64,000 bases of DNA from an uncultured delta proteobacterium (lineage in GTDB: Bacteria; Myxococcota; Kuafuiibacteriia; Kuafuiibacteriales; Kuafuiibacteriaceae), in assembly GCA_963803435.1 (NCBI GenBank), contig CAWDML010000003.1, positions 480,001-544,000 on the forward strand, in the 5' to 3' direction. Both the position numbers and the translations under genes were made by a program. Position 1 is the stretch's first letter; every line of letters starts with the position of its first letter. Positions 58,430-64,000 of the stretch are shown here, in pieces. The notes beneath the pieces were generated by a model. The model worked only from the letters and a program-made list of their open reading frames with translations. It had not been told where the DNA came from and made no database searches.

Positions 58430-58489
58430 GCTCCGCCATCTTACCAGGAAAACAGGTTGGGCCCGTGCTAATTTGGGCGACTGACCGGG

Positions 58490-59775
58490 ATGATCTTCAC
58501 GTGTCCCGAGTGCAAGGCCGGCCACAGCGTGCCGGTTTCGATGATCCCCAACGGCGGGCTGGACATGGACTGCCGCCGGTGTGGAGAGGCCTTCACGATC
58601 GAGCCGCCGCCGCCCGACAGCGCTGAACCCCTCGACGACGACGCGGTGCAGGAGAAGACGAACGTCGGGCCCGCACCCGAGCCGACCCGTGTGGGCGTCG
58701 CCGATCCCCTCGACTTCGAGGACGAGCGGCCCTTGCTCGGCCCCGGGGGGATCGAGTACCGGACCGGCGACCTGCCGTCCGAGGTCGATCCCGACACCGA
58801 TCCGAAGAGCCGCGCGGAGCTCGACGACACGCTCCCCTTCGAGCAGGCGCACGAGATCGGACCGGCGCCCGTCGTCACCGAGCCCGGCGACATCGAGCCG
58901 TCCCCCGATCCGATCAGCGACGTGTCGTCGATCTCCGGCCTCGAGGTGCGACCGCTCAGGGACGGGCCGCCCAGCGTCTACGAACGCGTCGCCGCCGGGA
59001 TCTCGGTGCCGGAGGACCAGCGGAACTTTCGCCCGACCAGCGTCGCACGGCCGAGCCCGGTGCTCAGGCCGATCGCCGATCTATTGAATAGAGCACCGCT
59101 GGCGCTGAAGGTGGGGCTCATCGTGTTTCCGATGACGCTCGGTGTGATGCTCGTGATCAACGGGATGCGCGGAGAGACGGCCCCGAAGGAGACGCCGATC
59201 GAGATCCCGATCGCCGTCGACGGCCTGATCGAGGGCGACGCCGAGCCGCCCCCGAGGTTCCGCCGGCCCCCGCGCCTGCGGCGGGCGTCGACGAGGTCCT
59301 CGGCGGCCTCGATACGCCCGCGCCCGCCGGGTTCGCCTACATCCAGATGGAAAACGCGCGCCTGCGCGTGCGCGCCGACGACCGCGCCGGCGTCGCGGGC
59401 CGCGTCCCGATCGGCACCCTGGTCCGCGTCTACGAGCAGACCGGCGACTGGGCCCTGGTGGCCGCGCCGCCCGACGGCCCCGCCGGCTATCTCAGCGCGA
59501 AGCTCCTCGACGGCCGCAAGCCGCTGGCCCTGCTGGCGCAGGAGCAGGCGTTCGAGCGCTGCGGTGTCGAGGAGGACGGCACCGTCGACGACTGTCTCTT
59601 CTCCGCCAAGCAGCAGGAGCAGCCGTGCCTCGACCGCTGCGGCGCCGTGACCGCCGGCGACGAGTCCGAGCGTCTCCGCTGCGCCGGCGTCTGCAACATC
59701 GCGTTCGATCGCTGCGCGCGGAGCTGCCGGCAGCAAGAGGCGAGGCTCGGCAAGGGCAAGAGGCGCCGGCGCTGA
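58490..59775 (+). CDS. Zinc-ribbon, TM, SH3-like and Cys-rich protein, frameshifted at the C run near 59250
   Basis: CPEC..CRRC zinc ribbon, acidic linker and TM. Adding one C at 59249-59253 gives PEVPP..AYIQMENARLRVRA..GTLV..GDWALV..GYLS (SH3b) and a Cys-rich tail. Confidence 0.7.
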
Positions 59776-59790
59776 GCGCGGATCCTACGG

Positions 59791-59837
59791 CGGTCACGGT
59801 CACGGTCTCCGTGGTTCCGCGACCGTGGCGGTGACCG
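59791..59837. repeat. Hexamer-based (CGGTCA) hairpin between convergent genes
   Basis: CGGTCACGGTCACGGTC-N13-GACCGTGGCGGTGACCG gives 15 of 17 Watson-Crick pairs. Confidence 0.75.
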
Positions 59838-59850
59838 TGGCGGCGTCGGG

Positions 59851-61950
59851 TCAGCGGACGATCAGGGTGTAGGGGCCGGACCCGGCCACCTCGATCGCGT
59901 AGGTGCCGGCGGCCGGCACGGTGTAGGCCGCGATCCCGCCGGCGGCGCCCGCGAGGAAGGCGCCGGACGGATCGTACAGCGACACGTTCTTGCCGGCGCG
60001 GCCCTCGGAGAGGTCGAACGAGACAATCGTGCCCGCCTGGAGGGTGACCCGGAAGAAGTCCGCGTTGCCGTCGTCGACGCGCCCGCGGATGACCGTGGGC
60101 AGGCCCGCGTTCATCGGATCGGCGGTGGTGCGATCGTCGTTCGGCTCGGACTCGGCGGCGGCGGCGGTGGGCACCGGGAGGTAGCGCACGAAGAGATCGT
60201 AGGTGTAGCCGACGCTGCCCTTGCCGTCGTTGGCATTGTGGACGGCCAGCACGTAGGACTCGGCGGTGTCGAGGTAGGCGATCGCGTCGGGGGCGCCTTC
60301 GCCGAGGATGCCGGTCGCGTTCGGTCCGTAGATGCGGAGGTACGGATCGACGTCGGGATCGGAGACGTCGAGGCGCTCTGCGATCACGACGGTGGGCCCC
60401 GAGGCGATCACCAGGTGCCGGACCAGACGGCCGCCGGTGGTGAGCGAGGCGCTGATCGTTCCGCTGTCGGTCAACACCACCGGCTCGGGCTGGAGGCCGA
60501 CGGGCTCGGCGAAGATGCCGTAGCGCATGAGGACGTCGTCGTCCGAGCCGCGATAGGGCGGGTCGCCCAGGTTCCCTTGATCCGCGACCAAGAGCACGTA
60601 GGGGCCGGTCTCGTCGAGGATGGCCTCGAGGCGCGGGGCCAGACCGCCCGAGTCGAAGTTGCGGTAGAGCTCGCGGACCTCGCCGGTCGATTCGTCGATG
60701 AGCTTCGCCAGCACGAACACCGGGTCGACCTGCGAGCTCGCGGGGATCAGGCCGGTGAGCGCGATGATCTGTCCGGCCGTGCCGTCGAAGCGGTACCAGT
60801 CGATGTCGGGCGGGCCGGTGTTCGGATCGAGGGGCTTGTTGATCCGGCCCGCGGTCTCACCCGGGTAGACGAGGGCCGAGGCGAGCCCGACGGTGTCGTT
60901 CGGCTCGAGCTCGACGTTGTTGGGCGGCGTGTCGATCGTGAGCCGGACCTCGTAGTCGGACGTTCCGTAGATGCGGGCGTGGTCAATCACGATCCGCAGC
61001 GTCTCGGGGGCGTCCAGCGCCAGGATCACGCGGGAGTCGAGGAAGCCGGGGGCCAGATCGTCGTTCTCCATCACGGTCCCATCGGCGCGCTCGACGATCA
61101 GGACGGTGTCGAGGCCGTCGTCCGCGCCCAGGCCCAGGTCGGTCTGCGTGGCGATCCGGATGAAGTCCGAGGCGGGCAAATCCGCCTGGTACAGGCCGAC
61201 CTTGCCGGCCGGGATGAGGACGAACGGCCGGTCCTGGAAGGGGACGTTGACCGACTGGGGCGACGCCTCAATCACCTCGAGCGCCAGGGCGTAAGCGTAG
61301 GTGTCCGAGCCCCGCGGATCGCCCTGGAGAACGCCCCGACGATCGGCCACGGCGATCTCGTATGTTCCGGCCTCGGCCACGTAGATCTCGCGCTCCGCGA
61401 CGAACAGGCCGTCCGCGATCCGCGGCGTCGTGAAGCCGCCGCCGCTCACCATGACCAGAGGTTCGAGCAGGGACTCCGGCTTGGCGCGCGCCACGCGCAC
61501 CTGTATCAACGTCCGGGCCGGCACCATGATCTCGAAGCGGTCGAACGCCTGCGTGGCACCGGGCGCCTCGATGACCCCCCGCACCTCGCGGATCTTGCCA
61601 AGCTCGAGCAGCGATACCGCCTCGCCGCCGCCGGGGACGTCGTTCGGCTCCTGCTCGTCCTGCGGCTCGCAACCATCCTGCCCAGGTGAGCCGACGCCGG
61701 AGTTCGGAGTCGCGGGGCAGGTGTCGCAATCGTCGCCAATCCCGTCGCCGTCGCGGTCGCGCTGCTCGGGGTTGAAGAGCCCCGGGCAGTTGTCGGCATC
61801 CTCCGGCCACTCGTCGCCGTCGGTGTCGCCCGGGACCAGGATGCCCGAGTCGGGGACGACGCCGCTGTCCGGGGTGGCGGTGGTGTCGTCGTCGCCGCCG
61901 CCGCCGCAGGCGAAGAGCAGGACGGGCAGGGCGATGAGGGCACGGCGCAT
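59851..61950 (-). CDS. Lipoprotein with thrombospondin type-3 repeats and multiple PPC-like domains
   Basis: Lipobox LFAC, DTDGD..DNCP..NPEQRDRDGDGIGDDCDTCP and repeated EQEPND/ELEPND/ESEPND..DxDWYRF. Confidence 0.8.
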   Translation of the reverse strand: MRRALIALPVLLFACGGGGDDDTTATPDSGVVPDSGILVPGDTDGDEWPEDADNCPGLFNPEQRDRDGDGIGDDCDTCPATPNSGVGSPGQDGCEPQDEQEPNDVPGGGEAVSLLELGKIREVRGVIEAPGATQAFDRFEIMVPARTLIQVRVARAKPESLLEPLVMVSGGGFTTPRIADGLFVAEREIYVAEAGTYEIAVADRRGVLQGDPRGSDTYAYALALEVIEASPQSVNVPFQDRPFVLIPAGKVGLYQADLPASDFIRIATQTDLGLGADDGLDTVLIVERADGTVMENDDLAPGFLDSRVILALDAPETLRIVIDHARIYGTSDYEVRLTIDTPPNNVELEPNDTVGLASALVYPGETAGRINKPLDPNTGPPDIDWYRFDGTAGQIIALTGLIPASSQVDPVFVLAKLIDESTGEVRELYRNFDSGGLAPRLEAILDETGPYVLLVADQGNLGDPPYRGSDDDVLMRYGIFAEPVGLQPEPVVLTDSGTISASLTTGGRLVRHLVIASGPTVVIAERLDVSDPDVDPYLRIYGPNATGILGEGAPDAIAYLDTAESYVLAVHNANDGKGSVGYTYDLFVRYLPVPTAAAAESEPNDDRTTADPMNAGLPTVIRGRVDDGNADFFRVTLQAGTIVSFDLSEGRAGKNVSLYDPSGAFLAGAAGGIAAYTVPAAGTYAIEVAGSGPYTLIVR

Positions 61951-61974
61951 GAGACGCCGGTTATACCAAAGGGA

Positions 61975-62886
61975 TCACAGCTGTTCTATCCAGCAGGCCA
62001 CGCCCGCTCGGGCCAGCGCGCGGCGGATCCGGGCGGCCGTGAGCTCATCGGGTGCCAGGGCGACCAGCGCGCCTCCCGCCCCTCCCGCGCCGCTCATCTT
62101 CGCGCCCAGCGCCCCGGCGCGACGCGCCTCCTGTACGGCCGCGTCAACCCGAGTTGACACGATCCCCAGGCCGGAGAGGACGCCGTGCGCCACGTCCATC
62201 GCGTGTCCGACAATCTCGAGCGAGTGCTCCGACAGACCGCGGGCGCCGGCACGGGCGGTCTCGCCGAGCGTCGCCATCGCCGCGCGGATCAACCGCGGGC
62301 TCGACTTGCGCACCGCCGCCAACCTCGACACGGTCTGGGCGGTACCGCCGTGCGCGCCCGCCGTGCCGACCACCAGGAAGACCGGCTGGCGCGGCCGCTG
62401 GAGCCGCTGAATCCGGCGCCCGCCGTTGGTGTTCTTGAAGATGATCGGCCCCTCCCAGAGGCAGATCGCAGGATCGACGCCCGAAGGCTTGGCGTGCGCG
62501 ACGCGCTCGACCTCGATGGCGGCCTCGAGCAGCGCTCGGTTCGACCACTTGCGCTGGCGCGCGCGGAGCAGCGCGATCGCAATCGCGGCCGACGATCCGA
62601 GCCCGGACATCGGCGGGAACGCGAGCTCGATCTCGACGTCGGAGCGCCGTGCGGTGTCGCCGAGGGCCCGCTCCACCAAATCTCGCGGGGTGGCGGCGCG
62701 CGCCGACGCCTTCACCGGCGATTCGGACGTGGTCTGGATCCTGACCTTGCCGGTGCCGGGTGTGAGCCTCACCGACGCTCCGCGCGACAACGGCAGGCCG
62801 ATCGCCGGCTCGCCGTACACCACGGCGTGCTCGCCGAAGAGGATGATCTTGCCGGGCGCGCGCCCAATCGCGACCTGGCCGCTCAT
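61975..62886 (-). CDS. mvk: Mevalonate kinase
   Basis: APGKIILFGEHAVVYG, PMSGLGSSAA, HAKPSGVD and GAKMSGAGGAGG. Confidence 0.93.
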   Translation of the reverse strand: MSGQVAIGRAPGKIILFGEHAVVYGEPAIGLPLSRGASVRLTPGTGKVRIQTTSESPVKASARAATPRDLVERALGDTARRSDVEIELAFPPMSGLGSSAAIAIALLRARQRKWSNRALLEAAIEVERVAHAKPSGVDPAICLWEGPIIFKNTNGGRRIQRLQRPRQPVFLVVGTAGAHGGTAQTVSRLAAVRKSSPRLIRAAMATLGETARAGARGLSEHSLEIVGHAMDVAHGVLSGLGIVSTRVDAAVQEARRAGALGAKMSGAGGAGGALVALAPDELTAARIRRALARAGVACWIEQL

Positions 62887-64000
62887 GTCTTCGAGCCGCG
62901 CTCCCACGCCAGCGCCCGCGTGACGGTGTCGGCGCTCGGCCTTCCCTCTTGGAGGGCGCGCCGGACCACGGCCTCGACCTCGTCGGGTTGGGCGCCGGCT
63001 GCCAATGCAAGTTGTCTTGCGTGAAGCATCATGTGTCCCTGCTGGATGCCTTCGGCGCAGAGCGCGCGCAGCGCCGCGAGGTTCTGCGCCAGGCCGACGG
63101 CCGCCAGGATCGCCGCGAGCATGCGCGCGCTTTCGGCCCCCATCAAGGACGAGAGGAGGGCGATGGTCGGATGGCTCCGGGTCAGGCCCCCCACGATCCC
63201 GACCGGCATCGGCAGCTCGATCGAGCCCTCGAGCCGGTCGCCCTCGACGATCCAGCGGGTGAGGCCGCGGTACTGCCCGTCGCGGGCGGCGTACGCGTGG
63301 GCGGCGGCCTCGATCGCACGCCAGTCGTTGCCGGTGGCGACCGCGACGGCATCGATGCCGTTCATGATCCCCTTGTTGTGCGTGGCCGCCCGGTACGGAT
63401 CGATCCGCGCGAAGCGGTCGGCCTCCGCGATCCGATCCGCGACCGCACGACCCCCGACCGCCTCCACCGGCACCGCACAGCGGGCGCGGGCGAGGCGATG
63501 GACCGCCAGGTTGCTCAGGATCCGGAGGTGGACCCCCGTGCCGGCGACGCGCGCGACAGCCGGCGCCACCGACTCGGCCACCGCGTTGACCGCGTTGGCG
63601 CCCATGGCGTCGACCACGTCGAGCACGAGGTGCAAGACCACGATCGGCGGCCCGCCCTCGGGATCCTCGAGCCTTCGCGTCTCGATCCGGATCAACCCGC
63701 CGCCGCGCGCCTGCATGGACGCGCAAGCGCCGCGGGTGGCAGCCTCCAGCTCGGCCGCCCCCGAGGACAACCGCTCGAGGATCCGATCCGCATCCGCCGG
63801 ATCGGCGGCGGTCAGCTGGACCTGGCCGATCATGTGCGGCGGATCGGCCTCGGTCGTGAACCCGCCGCCGGCCCGCGCGATCTTGGCGGCGTTCGAGAAG
63901 GCCGCCACCACCGAGGCCTCCTCGACCGCCATCGGGACCAGGATCTCCTCCCCGTCCACCACCAGGTTCAGGCCGATCCCCACGGGAAGCCCGACGATCC
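62883..64000 (-). CDS. mvaA: Class II HMG-CoA reductase (5' end outside the window)
   Basis: PMAVEEASVVAA, DAMGANAVN, ILSNL, THNKGIMNG, GNDWRAIEA and GIQQGHMMLH. Confidence 0.95.
   Translation of the reverse strand, partial: IVGLPVGIGLNLVVDGEEILVPMAVEEASVVAAFSNAAKIARAGGGFTTEADPPHMIGQVQLTAADPADADRILERLSSGAAELEAATRGACASMQARGGGLIRIETRRLEDPEGGPPIVVLHLVLDVVDAMGANAVNAVAESVAPAVARVAGTGVHLRILSNLAVHRLARARCAVPVEAVGGRAVADRIAEADRFARIDPYRAATHNKGIMNGIDAVAVATGNDWRAIEAAAHAYAARDGQYRGLTRWIVEGDRLEGSIELPMPVGIVGGLTRSHPTIALLSSLMGAESARMLAAILAAVGLAQNLAALRALCAEGIQQGHMMLHARQLALAAGAQPDEVEAVVRRALQEGRPSADTVTRALAWERGSKT

Noticed and set aside
374-63726. Many long overlapping or antisense ORFs (e.g. 4048-6516, 6837-9086, 25202-27658, 53975-56458, the 5' part of 45966-48623)
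   Set aside because: These are Arg/Gly/Pro-rich shadow frames typical of high-GC DNA, opposite or overlapping motif-supported genes.
61975-64000. Mevalonate pathway as a horizontal-transfer novelty
   Set aside because: Mevalonate genes are established in myxobacteria, and the composition here matches the flanks.

Overview
High-GC, densely coding bacterial DNA with a Myxococcota-like signature: a MYXO-CTERM protein, an aglRQS-like motor operon, AgmX/PglI-type and DUF4388/J-domain proteins, Cys-rich lipoproteins and mevalonate-pathway genes. About 55 genes are supportable. They cover housekeeping (rsmG, RluA-family synthase, proS, biotin carboxylase/BCCP, mvk, class II HMG-CoA reductase), signalling (hybrid kinase, sigma54 activator, PilZ, cNMP-binding protein, Ser/Thr kinase) and many secreted proteins or lipoproteins. 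I found no rRNA, tRNA, CRISPR array or transposase. The most striking non-gene structure is a ~670 bp cassette (29057-29727): a four-helix-bundle (23S-IVP/Avd-like) gene enclosed by 67-68 bp near-perfect inverted repeats built partly from CGGTCC hexamers, with a related gene-less hexamer hairpin at ~59.8 kb. Other candidates are a five-lipoprotein operon (three NHL proteins, a beta-propeller and a cytochrome P460-like protein), a secreted superoxide-reductase-like protein lacking the Cys ligand, a leader ORF plus hairpin before aglRQS, and a nitroreductase-domain gene coupled to a membrane hybrid kinase. Three single-base frameshifts are probably sequencing errors. All calls come from motifs read by eye; no database searches were run.
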